Assembly (NCBI GenBank): GCA_052030825.1
Contig: JBPEYE010000392.1
Coordinates: 10,012-74,011 of the forward strand
DNA length: 64,000 nt
Direction: 5' to 3'
Source of the DNA: Gammaproteobacteria bacterium
GTDB lineage: Bacteria > Pseudomonadota > Gammaproteobacteria > GCA-001735895
Position numbers and translations under genes: made by a program. The notes beneath the pieces are model-generated. The model saw only the letters and a program-made list of their open reading frames with translations. It was not told where the DNA came from and made no database searches. Shown here piece after piece: positions 48,470-59,200 of the stretch (its first letter is position 1; the number at the start of each line of letters is the position of its first letter).

Positions 48470-49641
48470 CCCGCCTGACGCTGCTGGGCGCTACTGGATC
48501 GATCGGCCAGTCGACGCTCGATATCGTGCGCCGGCACCGCGCGCGCTTCACGATTCATGCATTGACCGCCGACACCCGGGTCGATGCCCTGTTCGATCTG
48601 TGTCGAGAATTCGAACCGGCATTCGCGGTGATGCGCGATCCACGCAGCGCGACCGAACTGGCCGATGCCCTCGGCAACGCGTCGACCCGCGTACTCACCG
48701 GGGAGGCCGGACTGTGCGAGGTCGCGGCGGCGGGCGAAGTCGATACGGTGGTCGCCGGGATCGTCGGTGCCGGCGGATTGCTGCCGACGCTGGCCGCGGT
48801 CACGGCCGCCAAGCGGGTGCTGCTCGCCAACAAGGAGGCGCTGGTCATGGCCGGCGATCTGTTCATGCGCGAATTGCACCGCCACGGCGCCGAGTTACTG
48901 CCGCTGGACAGCGAACACAACGCGATCTTCCAGTGCCTGCCGTCGGTGGCGATCGGGGACGGAATCGAAGCCGCCGGCGTCGAACGGATCATCCTGACCG
49001 GTTCCGGCGGGCCGTTTCGCGACCTTGATCTTGCCGCGCTCGAGCGGGTTACGCCGGCCGAGGCCTGCGCCCACCCGAACTGGGACATGGGGCCGAAGAT
49101 TTCGGTGGATTCGGCAACGATGATGAACAAGGGCCTCGAAATGATCGAAGCCTGCTGGTTGTTTGCGGTCGATCAGTCGCGCATCGATATCGTGCTGCAT
49201 CGGCAGAGCATTGTGCATTCGATGGTGGCCTATCGCGATGGCTCGGTCATCGCACAACTCGGCAATCCCGATATGCGGACGCCGATCGCCAACGCGCTGG
49301 CATGGCCGGAACGCATCGATAGCGGGGTTGAACCTCTGGATCTGTTGCAGGTCGGATCACTTGATTTCATGCCGGCCGACGAGCGTCGCTATCCGTGCCT
49401 CGCGCTGGCCCGTGAAGCCTGGCACCGCGGCGGTACCGCGCCGGCAATACTGAACGCGGCCAATGAAGTCGCGGTGGCCGCGTTTCTCGACGGAGATATT
49501 CCCTTCACCGGGATCGCGCGTGTCATCGAGGCCGTTCTCGAGCGCAGCCGCGGCGCGCCCGCCGCAAGCCTCGACGCAATTCTGGACGCCGACGACAAAG
49601 CGCGTAAACTGGCGCGCGAACGCTTGAGCGAGCAATTCTGA
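48466..49641 (+). CDS. dxr: 1-deoxy-D-xylulose 5-phosphate reductoisomerase
   Basis: [23 protein letters not shown]-binding N-terminus plus Dxr catalytic blocks. ATGA overlap with cdsA. Confidence 0.95.
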   Translation: MTRLTLLGATGSIGQSTLDIVRRHRARFTIHALTADTRVDALFDLCREFEPAFAVMRDPRSATELADALGNASTRVLTGEAGLCEVAAAGEVDTVVAGIVGAGGLLPTLAAVTAAKRVLLANKEALVMAGDLFMRELHRHGAELLPLDSEHNAIFQCLPSVAIGDGIEAAGVERIILTGSGGPFRDLDLAALERVTPAEACAHPNWDMGPKISVDSATMMNKGLEMIEACWLFAVDQSRIDIVLHRQSIVHSMVAYRDGSVIAQLGNPDMRTPIANALAWPERIDSGVEPLDLLQVGSLDFMPADERRYPCLALAREAWHRGGTAPAILNAANEVAVAAFLDGDIPFTGIARVIEAVLERSRGAPAASLDAILDADDKARKLARERLSEQF

Positions 49642-49645
49642 ACGT

Positions 49646-51025
49646 ATGGATTTTTTGAGTTTTGTCTACAGCGTGCTGGCCTTCATCGTCGCGATCGGCG
49701 TGCTGGTGACGGTCCACGAATTTGGTCATTTCTGGGTTGCCCGGCGACTCGGGGTCAAGGTGTTGCGCTTTTCGGTCGGTTTCGGCAAGCCGCTGTGGCT
49801 CAGGCGCGCGGGTCCCGACCAGACCGAGTACGTGATTGCGGCAATTCCGCTGGGCGGCTACGTCAAGATGCTCGACGAGCGCGAGGGCGAGGTCGAGGCG
49901 CGGGAACTCGATCGCGCCTTCAATCGCAAGTCGGTAGGCCGTCGCATCGCGATCGTCGCTGCCGGCCCGGCGTTCAATTTCCTGTTCGCCATTCTCGCCT
50001 ATTACCTGATATTTCTCGCCGGCGTCAGTGGCGTCAAGCCGGTCATCGGCGATATCGCCGCGCCGAGCCCGGCGCATACAGCGGGGGTTCAGGCGGGTGA
50101 CATGATACTTTCGGTCAACGGCATCGAAACGACGACCTGGGAAAAGGCACGATTCACGTTGCTCGACGAGGCGGTGGGTGCCGATGAAATCAGGCTCGAA
50201 GTACAGACTTCGCGCCTGGGTATCGAGGAAAAAGTGCTCGACATACGCGGACTGAACCTGTTGCAGGACGAGCAGATCGATCTGCTGCGCGATCTCGGAC
50301 TGTCGCAATGGCGACCGCGAATTCCGCCGACCATCGACGAGGTGCTCGCCGACGGCGCGGCGGCGCGCGCGGGATTGCGCGACGAAGATCTGATCGTCGC
50401 GCTCGACGGCGTCAGCATCGAAAGCGCGACCCAGTGGGTCGAGCTGATCCGCGCCAATCCGGGTCGCGAGATGCCGTTGCGGGTCAGGCGCGGCGGCGAC
50501 GAGGTCGAGCTGCGCATCGTGCCTGAAACCCGCACCGACGGCGACGCGACCTACGGCTATATCGGCGTGCGCAATCGCGTCGATCTGCCCGAATCGATTC
50601 GCAGCGAGATGCTCGTGACCGAGCGCTACGGGCCGGTCGAGGGTCTCGTCAACGCGTTCGACAAGACCTGGAGAATGACCTGGCTGACGCTGCGCGTACT
50701 CGGCAAGCTGGTAACCGGCGAAGCCAGTTTCAGAAACCTGAGCGGGCCGATAACGATCGCGCACTATGCGGGACTCTCGGCGCAAATCGGACTCGAGCCG
50801 TTTCTCGGCTTTCTCGCCATCATCAGCATCAGCCTCGGGGTTCTCAATTTGCTGCCGGTGCCGATGCTCGACGGCGGACATCTTCTCTATTACCTGATCG
50901 AAATCTTCAAGGGCAGCCCCGTTTCGGAGCAAACCGAGATCATCGGCCAGAAAATCGGCATCCTGGTGCTGTTTTGCCTGATGTCGGTTGCGATCTACAA
51001 CGACTTGTTGCGCCTGGTCGAGTAA
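49646..51025 (+). CDS. rseP: Regulator of sigma-E protease RseP (site-2 zinc metalloprotease)
   Basis: HEFGHFWVA zinc motif, two PDZ domains and a C-terminal LDGG motif. Confidence 0.93.
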   Translation: MDFLSFVYSVLAFIVAIGVLVTVHEFGHFWVARRLGVKVLRFSVGFGKPLWLRRAGPDQTEYVIAAIPLGGYVKMLDEREGEVEARELDRAFNRKSVGRRIAIVAAGPAFNFLFAILAYYLIFLAGVSGVKPVIGDIAAPSPAHTAGVQAGDMILSVNGIETTTWEKARFTLLDEAVGADEIRLEVQTSRLGIEEKVLDIRGLNLLQDEQIDLLRDLGLSQWRPRIPPTIDEVLADGAAARAGLRDEDLIVALDGVSIESATQWVELIRANPGREMPLRVRRGGDEVELRIVPETRTDGDATYGYIGVRNRVDLPESIRSEMLVTERYGPVEGLVNAFDKTWRMTWLTLRVLGKLVTGEASFRNLSGPITIAHYAGLSAQIGLEPFLGFLAIISISLGVLNLLPVPMLDGGHLLYYLIEIFKGSPVSEQTEIIGQKIGILVLFCLMSVAIYNDLLRLVE

Positions 51026-51027
51026 CT

Positions 51028-53337
51028 TTGAACGGCTGGATCCGACTCAGTGCACTGTTGTTGCTGCTGGTGAGCGCCACGGCGCGCGCGGACAGTTTCG
51101 TCGTTGAAAACATCGAGGTCATCGGCATCAAGAAAATTACGATCGGCACGGTATTCAGCTACCTGCCGATCAACGTCGGTGAGAGTTTCGATCTCGATCG
51201 CAGCCCCGAGATTATTCGCGAACTCTACTCCACCGGATTTTTCGACGACATCGAGCTGTTGCGGCGTGACAACGTGCTGGTCATCAAGGTCAGCGAACGG
51301 CCGTCGATCGCCGAGGTCAATTTCGAAGGCAACAAGGACATCGAGGACGAGACCCTGGAGCAGGCGCTCGACGGTATCGGCATGGCCAAGGGACGGATTT
51401 TCGACGAGCACAAGCTCGATCGCCTCAAGCTCGAATTGCAGCAGGTGTATTACTCGCTCGGCAAATACGCCGCGCGCATCGAGGCCAGTTGGCGCGCGCT
51501 CGACGAAGACCGGGTCGCCATCGACATCAAGATCTCGGAAGGCGTCTCGGCGACGATCAAATCGATCAACATTACCGGCAATCGCGATTTCGACGAAGAC
51601 GAGTTGCTCGACATTTTCGAGCTCGAGCCGTCCAGCGAGGGCTGGTTTCCGAATGACGAGTATTCGAGCTCCAAGCTGGCGGCGGATCTCGAAGCGCTCA
51701 AGTCGTTTTACCTCGATCGCGGCTACATCCAGTTTCGGGTCGACTCGCAACAGGTCACGATCAGCCCCGATCGCAAGGATATCAACCTGACGATCAACGT
51801 TTCCGAGGGCGAGCCGTTTCGCGTGAGCAGCATCGCGATTGCCGGCGAGATGGTTGTCGACGAGGCCGAGTTGCGCGCGCTGGTCAGCTTCCGCGAGGGT
51901 GAGATCTTTTCGCGAAAGGTCGTCAGCGATGTCATCAGCGCGATGCAGAAGCGGCTGGGCGAGGACGGCTACGCCTACGCGGAGATCCGCGTCGACAACG
52001 ACATCAACGAAGCCGAAAACACGGTTGCGCTGCAATTTCTGGTTCAGCCGGGCAACCGAATGCGGGTCCGCTACATCAACTTCTCGGGTAACGAAAAGAC
52101 TCGCGATATCGTACTGCGCCGCGAGATGCGACAATTCGAGGGTGAACTGTACCAGCGCTCGAAAGTCGATCGTTCGCGGGTGCGATTGCAACGCCTCAAC
52201 TATCTCGGCCAGGTCAACTTCGCGCTCGAACGGGTACCGGGCAGCGAGGACCTGCTCGATATCAACGTCACCGTCACCGAGCGATTTTCGGGAAACCTGC
52301 AGCTCGGCATCGGCTATTCCCAGGTGCAGGGCGCGATCGTCAATCTCGGATTCTCCCACGAGAATATTCTCGGTACCGGTAAAACCATTGACCTGACTTT
52401 CGACAATTCGGCGGCGTCCGAGCGCTACCGGTTCCGGTACGTCAACCCGTACTACACCAGCGACGGGATCAGCCGCGGCTTCAATTTTTCGTTTACCGAG
52501 ACCGATGCCTCCGAGAACAATACCAGTAATTACCTGCTCAATCGGATCAACCTGTCGATGGAGTACGGGATTCCGCTCTCCGAGTTCAATACCCTGCGCC
52601 TCGAGTTCGGCGTGCTGCGCAACGAACTCGAGACGACCGACGCGTCGTCCGACGAAGTGTTCGACTTCCTCATCGCCAACAGCGACGACTTCGACGAATC
52701 GACGCCGCGCTCGGAGATCGACAAGGCCATCTTCGATACCTTGTTCGGTGCGATCAGCTTTGCCAAGGATACGCGCAACCGACGCATTTTCGCGAGTTCG
52801 GGCCATCTCAACAGCGTCAGTCTCGAGCTGCACGGCGGCGACCTGGATTTTTACCGGGCACGCTACCGGCACCAGAGCGCGTTTGCGGTCACCGACGACA
52901 TCACCTTCGCCTTCAGCGGTCGCGTCGGCTACGGCGACAGCTACGGCGAAACCGACGACTTGCCGATATTCGAGAAATTCAACGCCGGTGGCGTGCGCTC
53001 GGTGCGCGGCTACGAATTCAACAGCCTGGGGCCGCTGGACAGCAATGGCGATCCGTTCGGCGGTAATTTGCAGGTGATATCGACCGCCGAGTTTCTGTTT
53101 CCGATCGAAGCCCTGGGCAGTTCAGAAACCTTCAGGCTTGGGTTATACTTCGACGTCGGCAACGTGTTTGCCGACGTCGATTCGTTCGAATCGGACGAGC
53201 TGCGTCAGTCGCTCGGAATCTCGGCCAAATGGTTTTCGTTGATAGGTCCGATCGAATTCAGCTACGCGGTTCCGTTGAATGAAGAATCCGGTGACGATAC
53301 CCGGAATTTCCAGTTCGCCCTCGGGGCGGCGTTTTAG
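51028..53337 (+). CDS. bamA: Outer membrane protein assembly factor BamA
   Basis: Signal peptide, five POTRA repeats and a C-terminal 16-strand barrel ending in an aromatic residue (GAAF). The likely TTG start at 51028 lies just after the rseP stop. The track start at 50974 overlaps rseP. Confidence 0.9.
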   Translation: MNGWIRLSALLLLLVSATARADSFVVENIEVIGIKKITIGTVFSYLPINVGESFDLDRSPEIIRELYSTGFFDDIELLRRDNVLVIKVSERPSIAEVNFEGNKDIEDETLEQALDGIGMAKGRIFDEHKLDRLKLELQQVYYSLGKYAARIEASWRALDEDRVAIDIKISEGVSATIKSINITGNRDFDEDELLDIFELEPSSEGWFPNDEYSSSKLAADLEALKSFYLDRGYIQFRVDSQQVTISPDRKDINLTINVSEGEPFRVSSIAIAGEMVVDEAELRALVSFREGEIFSRKVVSDVISAMQKRLGEDGYAYAEIRVDNDINEAENTVALQFLVQPGNRMRVRYINFSGNEKTRDIVLRREMRQFEGELYQRSKVDRSRVRLQRLNYLGQVNFALERVPGSEDLLDINVTVTERFSGNLQLGIGYSQVQGAIVNLGFSHENILGTGKTIDLTFDNSAASERYRFRYVNPYYTSDGISRGFNFSFTETDASENNTSNYLLNRINLSMEYGIPLSEFNTLRLEFGVLRNELETTDASSDEVFDFLIANSDDFDESTPRSEIDKAIFDTLFGAISFAKDTRNRRIFASSGHLNSVSLELHGGDLDFYRARYRHQSAFAVTDDITFAFSGRVGYGDSYGETDDLPIFEKFNAGGVRSVRGYEFNSLGPLDSNGDPFGGNLQVISTAEFLFPIEALGSSETFRLGLYFDVGNVFADVDSFESDELRQSLGISAKWFSLIGPIEFSYAVPLNEESGDDTRNFQFALGAAF

Positions 53338-53346
53338 AGAGAAACA

Positions 53347-53880
53347 TTGACCAGGCTATCGCGAATCACGCTTACGCTGCTGATCGGCGCAATCGCGGCA
53401 CCCGGCGCGATTGCGCAGCAGGCACCGTTCAAGATCGGCTTCGTCAATACCGCGCGGGTTTTGAAGGAGGCGCCGCAGGCGTTGCGCGTCGAGGAGCGCC
53501 TCAAGTCCGAGTTCGAGCCGCGCGAGGCGCAACTCAAGGAGAAGCGCCAGGAAATTCTCCAGCTCGAGGAACAGCTCAAATCCGAGCCGACGCTGGGCAG
53601 CACGGCGCGACGTAAACTCGAACGCGAAATTCGACTCAAGGTCAGCCAGCTCAAGTTTCTCGAGCAGGAATTTCGCGAGGATCAGAATCTGCGTCGCAAC
53701 GAGGAAATCCGCGAACTGCAGCAAGTCATTTCGAACGTCCTTAAAATGCAGGGCGACGCGGGCCAGTTCGATCTCATCCTGACCGAGGGCGTCAGCTATG
53801 TCTCCGATCGCATCGACATCACGTCGCAGACCATCGAGATGCTGAAAGAACTCGCGGAATCGGGCGAGGAAGCCCAGTAG
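53347..53880 (+). CDS. skp: Periplasmic chaperone Skp (OmpH)
   Basis: Signal peptide plus a coiled-coil OmpH fold, in the bamA-skp-lpxD position. Probable TTG start. Confidence 0.85.
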   Translation: MTRLSRITLTLLIGAIAAPGAIAQQAPFKIGFVNTARVLKEAPQALRVEERLKSEFEPREAQLKEKRQEILQLEEQLKSEPTLGSTARRKLEREIRLKVSQLKFLEQEFREDQNLRRNEEIRELQQVISNVLKMQGDAGQFDLILTEGVSYVSDRIDITSQTIEMLKELAESGEEAQ

Positions 53881-53932
53881 CGCGCCGCGCGCGACGCGTT
53901 GACGGGCGCCCGGTCAATCGCCGAATTCTGCG

Positions 53933-54955
53933 ATGAGCATCGATCTGCAAACGCTTGCCGAACGGCTCGGGCTCGAACTGCGCGGCACCGCGGCAGTCGA
54001 GATCAGTGGCGTCGCTTCGCTGCCGTCGGCGACTGCCGGCGATCTCTGTTTCATCCAGGACCGCAATTACCTCGGGCAACTGGCCGCAAGTCGTTGTGCC
54101 GCGGTCATCCTGCCGTCGGATCTCGCCGCCGAAGCCGGCGATCGGCCGCACCTGGTGGCGGCCGATCCCTATTACAGTTTCATCCAGGCTATCGCCCTGA
54201 TACGACCGACGACGCCGGCGGCGGCGTCGGTCGATGACTCGGCACGCGTCGACGCCGGCGCACGGGTTGGCAACGGGGTCGCGATCGGCCCGCTGGCGGT
54301 TGTCGGTGACGGCGTCGAGATCGGCGACGGTACGACGATTGGCGCCGGCGCCGTCATCGAGCGTGACGTTCGCATCGGCCGCGATTGCCGAATCCATAGC
54401 CGGGTAACGCTGGCGCGTGCGGTACGCATCGGTGATCGCTGCGAGCTTCATGCCGGAGCGGTGATCGGAGCCGATGGTTTCGGTCTGCTGATGCACGACG
54501 ACGCCTGGGTCAAGATTCCGCATCTCGGCGGCGTCGAAATCGGCGACGACGTCGAGATCGGCGCCAACACGACCATCGACCGCGGTGCGCTCGACGATAC
54601 CGTGATCGAGGCCGGCTGCAAGCTCGATAACCTGATCCAGGTTGCGCACAACGTCCGCATCGGCGCGCACACCGCGGTCGCGGCCTGCGTCGGCATCGCC
54701 GGTAGCGCGACCATCGGGCGCTACTGTAAAATTGCCGGCGCCGCGGTGGTACTCGGGCATCTCAGTGTCGCCGATCACGTGACGATTACCGCGATGTCGC
54801 TCGTGACCAAGGACATCAAGAAATCCGGGGTTTACTCGTCGGGTACCCCGCTACTCGAAAACCGGCTGTGGCATCGCAACAATGCGCGCTACAAGACGCT
54901 CGACGAGCTCGCGCGCAGCGTTGCCCGGCTGCAAAAGACGAAAGGTAGGCGATAG
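53933..54955 (+). CDS. lpxD: UDP-3-O-(3-hydroxyacyl)glucosamine N-acyltransferase
   Basis: N-terminal LpxD domain and a left-handed beta-helix of hexapeptide repeats. Confidence 0.93.
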   Translation: MSIDLQTLAERLGLELRGTAAVEISGVASLPSATAGDLCFIQDRNYLGQLAASRCAAVILPSDLAAEAGDRPHLVAADPYYSFIQAIALIRPTTPAAASVDDSARVDAGARVGNGVAIGPLAVVGDGVEIGDGTTIGAGAVIERDVRIGRDCRIHSRVTLARAVRIGDRCELHAGAVIGADGFGLLMHDDAWVKIPHLGGVEIGDDVEIGANTTIDRGALDDTVIEAGCKLDNLIQVAHNVRIGAHTAVAACVGIAGSATIGRYCKIAGAAVVLGHLSVADHVTITAMSLVTKDIKKSGVYSSGTPLLENRLWHRNNARYKTLDELARSVARLQKTKGRR

Positions 54956-54989
54956 TTTGGACAGCTCAACCAGTAACCGAGGCGCAGGC

Positions 54990-55433
54990 GTGAACTTCGA
55001 TATCAACCAGGTAATGGAACTGTTGCCGCACCGGTACCCGTTCCTGCTGATCGATCGCGTGATCGATCTCGAGGCGGGCCAGAGCCTGACCGCGCTGAAG
55101 AACGTGACCATCAACGAGCCTTTCTTCGGCGGTCATTTTCCGGGTCGCCCGGTCATGCCGGGAGTCCTGGTGCTCGAGGCGATGGCGCAGGCGACCGGTC
55201 TGCTCGCGTTTTCCGAAATGGGCCCCGAGCATCGGACCAAGCTCTATATGCTGGTCGGCATCGACAAGGCGCGCTTTCGCGGCCAGGTCGTGCCCGGTGA
55301 CCAGCTGGTGCTCAAGATCGCGCTGAAGCGCAAGATGCGCGGGATCGGCTTTTACCAGTGCGAGGCGAGGGTCGATGGCGAACTCGCGGCCGAAGCCGAA
55401 ATGATGTGCTCGTCGCAGGATCGCGACGCGTGA
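54990..55433 (+). CDS. fabZ: 3-hydroxyacyl-[ACP] dehydratase FabZ
   Basis: [13 protein letters not shown]...[17 protein letters not shown] is the hot-dog fold with the catalytic His. The start is ambiguous: TTG at 54957, GTG at 54990 or ATG at 55014. Confidence 0.9.
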   Translation: MNFDINQVMELLPHRYPFLLIDRVIDLEAGQSLTALKNVTINEPFFGGHFPGRPVMPGVLVLEAMAQATGLLAFSEMGPEHRTKLYMLVGIDKARFRGQVVPGDQLVLKIALKRKMRGIGFYQCEARVDGELAAEAEMMCSSQDRDA

Positions 55434-56200
55434 TCCACGCCACCGCGATCGTCGATCCGCAGGCCCGCCTCGCCGCCGACGTCGCGGTCGGGCCGTACAG
55501 CGTCATCGGCGCGGGCGTCGAAATCGATGTCGGTACCGTCGTCGGTCCGCATGTCGTCATCATGGGGCCGACGCGTATCGGCCGCAACAATCGTGTTTTC
55601 CAGTTCGCCTCGGTTGGCGAAGCGCCGCAGGACAAGAAGTATGGCGGCGAACCGACGTCGCTGCACATCGGCGACGACAACGTGATTCGCGAGTACGTGA
55701 CCCTGAACCGGGGTACCAACGACGGCAACGGCAAAACCGTCATCGGCAACGATAATCTGTTCATGGCCTATAGCCACGTCGCGCACGACTGCATCGTCGG
55801 CGATCACACGATTTTCGCCAATGCGGCGTCGCTCTCGGGTCACGTCGAGGTCGGCGACTACGCGATTCTCGGCGGATTCACGTCGGTTCATCAGTTTACC
55901 CAGATCGGTGGGCGGGCATTTTGTGGCCTCGGCTCGGTGGTCACCCAGGATGTGCCGCCATTTTGCACCGCCGCCGGCAATCGCGCGCGTACCGTGGGGA
56001 TCAACAAGGAGGGGTTGCGGCGCAGCGGATTCGCCGACGACCTGATCCGCGCCTTGCACAAATCCTTTCGTGAACTATTAAAGTCGAAGCGGTCCAAGAG
56101 TGACGCGATTGATAATCTGAAGCCATTGTGTGATAAATATCCCGAGGTCGAAGAGTTCGTCCGCTTCGTCCGCGACAGCAAAAGAGGGATCGCCAGCTAG
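55430..56200 (+). CDS. lpxA: Acyl-[ACP]--UDP-N-acetylglucosamine O-acyltransferase
   Basis: IHATAIVDP... is a left-handed beta-helix with a C-terminal helical domain. The GTG start overlaps the fabZ stop (GTGA). The track start at 55358 is too early. Confidence 0.93.
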   Translation: MIHATAIVDPQARLAADVAVGPYSVIGAGVEIDVGTVVGPHVVIMGPTRIGRNNRVFQFASVGEAPQDKKYGGEPTSLHIGDDNVIREYVTLNRGTNDGNGKTVIGNDNLFMAYSHVAHDCIVGDHTIFANAASLSGHVEVGDYAILGGFTSVHQFTQIGGRAFCGLGSVVTQDVPPFCTAAGNRARTVGINKEGLRRSGFADDLIRALHKSFRELLKSKRSKSDAIDNLKPLCDKYPEVEEFVRFVRDSKRGIAS

Positions 56201-56255
56201 CGGATTCGCGGCCGGCGGCGCCAGGGCAGGCGCAAGACATAACAGACCGAAGAGT

Positions 56256-59200
56256 ATGGACGTAAGAGCGCGATTACAGTTTTGGGCAGGCATCCTCTGC
56301 CTCTGCCTTTGCATTAGCCTGGCCGCCCCTGCGCGGGGCCAGGATCTGCTGCGCTCGGTCGTCGATGTCGATTTCGCCGCGATCATCGGCGAGGCCGGCG
56401 CGGTCAAGCTGACCGACGACGGCGTCATTTACGTCAGCAGCCAGCGCGAAGGCACCCTGTTGCGGATCGGCGAGTCCCGGATCGAGACCTTTTCGCTGTG
56501 GCCGTCGGTTTTTGTCGATGCCGATCTCGGCGGTATCGATTTGCTCGCGGACGGATCGCTGGTCGTCGTCAACGAGGGCAGCGGCCAGGTCGGCATTTTC
56601 GATTACGCGATCAAGCCGCGAACGCTGTTTTCGCGGACCGGCGACGAAGCCGGTGAACTCAAGCGTCCCGGCCCGGTGGCGGCGTCGGTCAACGGCCGGA
56701 TCTATGTCGGCGATGCGCGCAACCGCCGAATCAGCGTTTTCAACGACCAGGGTCTGTATTTGTTCAGCATCGGCCGTCGCGGCATCCGCGCATACGACCT
56801 CGAGGGCGTCGAGCATATCGCCATCGATGCCGAAGAGAACGTCTACGTGCTCGAAGGCCCGACCCGGGTTTCGATTTTCAACCGTGACGGCGGCTTGATC
56901 GAACGTTTCGAAGTCGACACGTTGCGCGAGATATTCGGCGGCGTACCGGAGTTCAGCGCGATGACCGCGGATCTCTCCGGAATCCTGTATCTCGGTGACC
57001 GCAGTTCCAGCCGGATCTCGGAATTCGACTGGCGCGCGCGCGAGATTCGTAACCAGTTCGGCGCGCTCGGTCAGTCGCGCACCCAGTATCTCGACATCAC
57101 CGCGCTGAGCGTCAACAATCGCAGCCAGCTGGCGATTCTCGATCGCAAGAACGGCAAGGTCGAGGTTTTCAGGCTCGATAGCGAAACCTATCGACCGCCG
57201 CAAGTCGCCGACCGCATCGAGTACGGTATAGCGATCGGCGGGGATTGCGACGCGATCTATGCCTTCGACCGCGAGCGCATCTTGTGCCTGCGCTCCGGCA
57301 GCGGCATTTTCCTCGTCTCGGCCGACGGCTCGCAAGCGGTTCGTTTTGCCGAGACCGCAACCACGCCGACCGCGGTTCACGTCGGCGAATTCACGGTCGC
57401 CGTGCTGGATCGCAACCTGCTGCGGGTGTTTCATCGTGACGGCGGCGAGCTGTTTGCGATCGGTCGCTACGGTACTGCGCCCGGCGGTTTCATCGATCCC
57501 GGCGACGTGTTCGTGCACGAAGGCCATTACTACGTGTCCGATTTCGGCAACAACCGGATCCAGGTATTTTCCGGCGACGGCCAGTTCGTCGAGGAAATCA
57601 GGGGCGAGCAGGGCGGCGAACGCCTGTTCGACAAGGTCGGCCAGATCGCGGTCGACAGCGAGGGCCGGCTCTACGTTGCCGATCGCGGTGCCGAGCGCGT
57701 TATCCAGGTCATCGATCGAACGCGCAGACGGGTGGCGCAGATCGGCGCCGGCGATGATTCCATTCACCGCTTCAGGCGCTTTTACGCGCTCGACGTCGAC
57801 CGTCAGGATCGGCTCTACGTGCTCGCGGGGTCGGAAGCCAATGATTACTGGGTCGGCATCTACAGTGACTTGCAGCCTTACCGGCGATTCGGCGCGGGTG
57901 GCGATAGCGCTACGCTGGCCGCGTTCTCCGAGGCATCGTCGTTGTCGGTTTACTCGGGGGCGATCAACCGGATTTACGTCAACGATCGGGAGCGAGGTCA
58001 CGGCCATCGCTTCGAGCTGTTCGAGTACCCGGATGCCGCCTTCGGCCTCGGAATCGCCGCCAACCGGCAAACGATCGGCCTCGCCTGGATCAGCTCGAAA
58101 TCGCCGTTGATCGATCATTACGTAGTCGAGGCGGCCCGCGAGCGGGACGGCGAATACGTCCGGGTCGCGCACACCACGGACCGGGAACTGCAGCTGAAGA
58201 ACGAGGAGTGGGGTGATTACAGCTGGTTTCGCGTCGTTTCGGTCAGCGCCCGCGGATTGCGTGCACCGGCGTCGACCCCGAAGCAGAACCTGTTCAAGAT
58301 CATCGCCGGCGACTTCGAGCGCGGCGCATACGGCGACGCGGTCCGGCTCGCCGACCGTTTGCTGAGGATCGACCCCGATAATGCCGACGCGCGCGAGTTA
58401 CTGGCGCTCAGCCTGTATCGTCTCGGCGATTACACGCGCGCCATCACCGAATTCAAGCGTCTCGAATCGGTTGCGGCCTATCACGACCAGGCCCTGCGTT
58501 ACCAGGTACAGGCGTACTACGAACTGGGGCAACTGCTCGATGCACGGGCGATCGCCGATCGTCTCATCGAGGCCGAACCGCCCGATGCCGAGCCTTACCT
58601 GGTCTGCGCGCGACTGAGCCTCGACCTGGCCGACTCGATCGGCGCGGTGGGTTGCGCCGAGGAAGGTCTCGACCGGCATCCCCGCCATGCCGATCTGCGC
58701 TATCTGCTGGGCCGCGCCTACATCGAGGCGGGTATCGCCGAGGACGGGCTGCAGGCATTCGCGCGGGTGATCGAATCCCATCCCGGACGGCACGACCTGC
58801 GAATGCGAATCGCCGACGATCTCTATCGACTCGGGCGCTACGAGGACGCGTTGAAGGAATACGACGCGCTCGTCGAGGCCGCGGCAAACCCCGGGCTGGC
58901 GGCAGTCGGCAAGGCGCGGTCGCTGATTCGGCTCGATCGCGACGAGGAAGCCAAGGCGATCGCGGTCAAGCTGTCCGGCAATCGCGAAACCCGCGGTGAC
59001 GGTTACTATCTGCTCGGCAAGATCGCGTTGCGGCAGAACCGCTACAAGGAAGCCGTGTTGCGCCTGACGCGTGCCGGCAAGGACAGCCCCAATCTCGTCG
59101 ACAACTGGCTTTCGCTGGCGCAGGCCTACGTCGAGATCAATCAGCGCGGCAAGGCGATCGAGACCCTGGCGCAGGGCATCGAGCGCAACCCGCAAGCCTT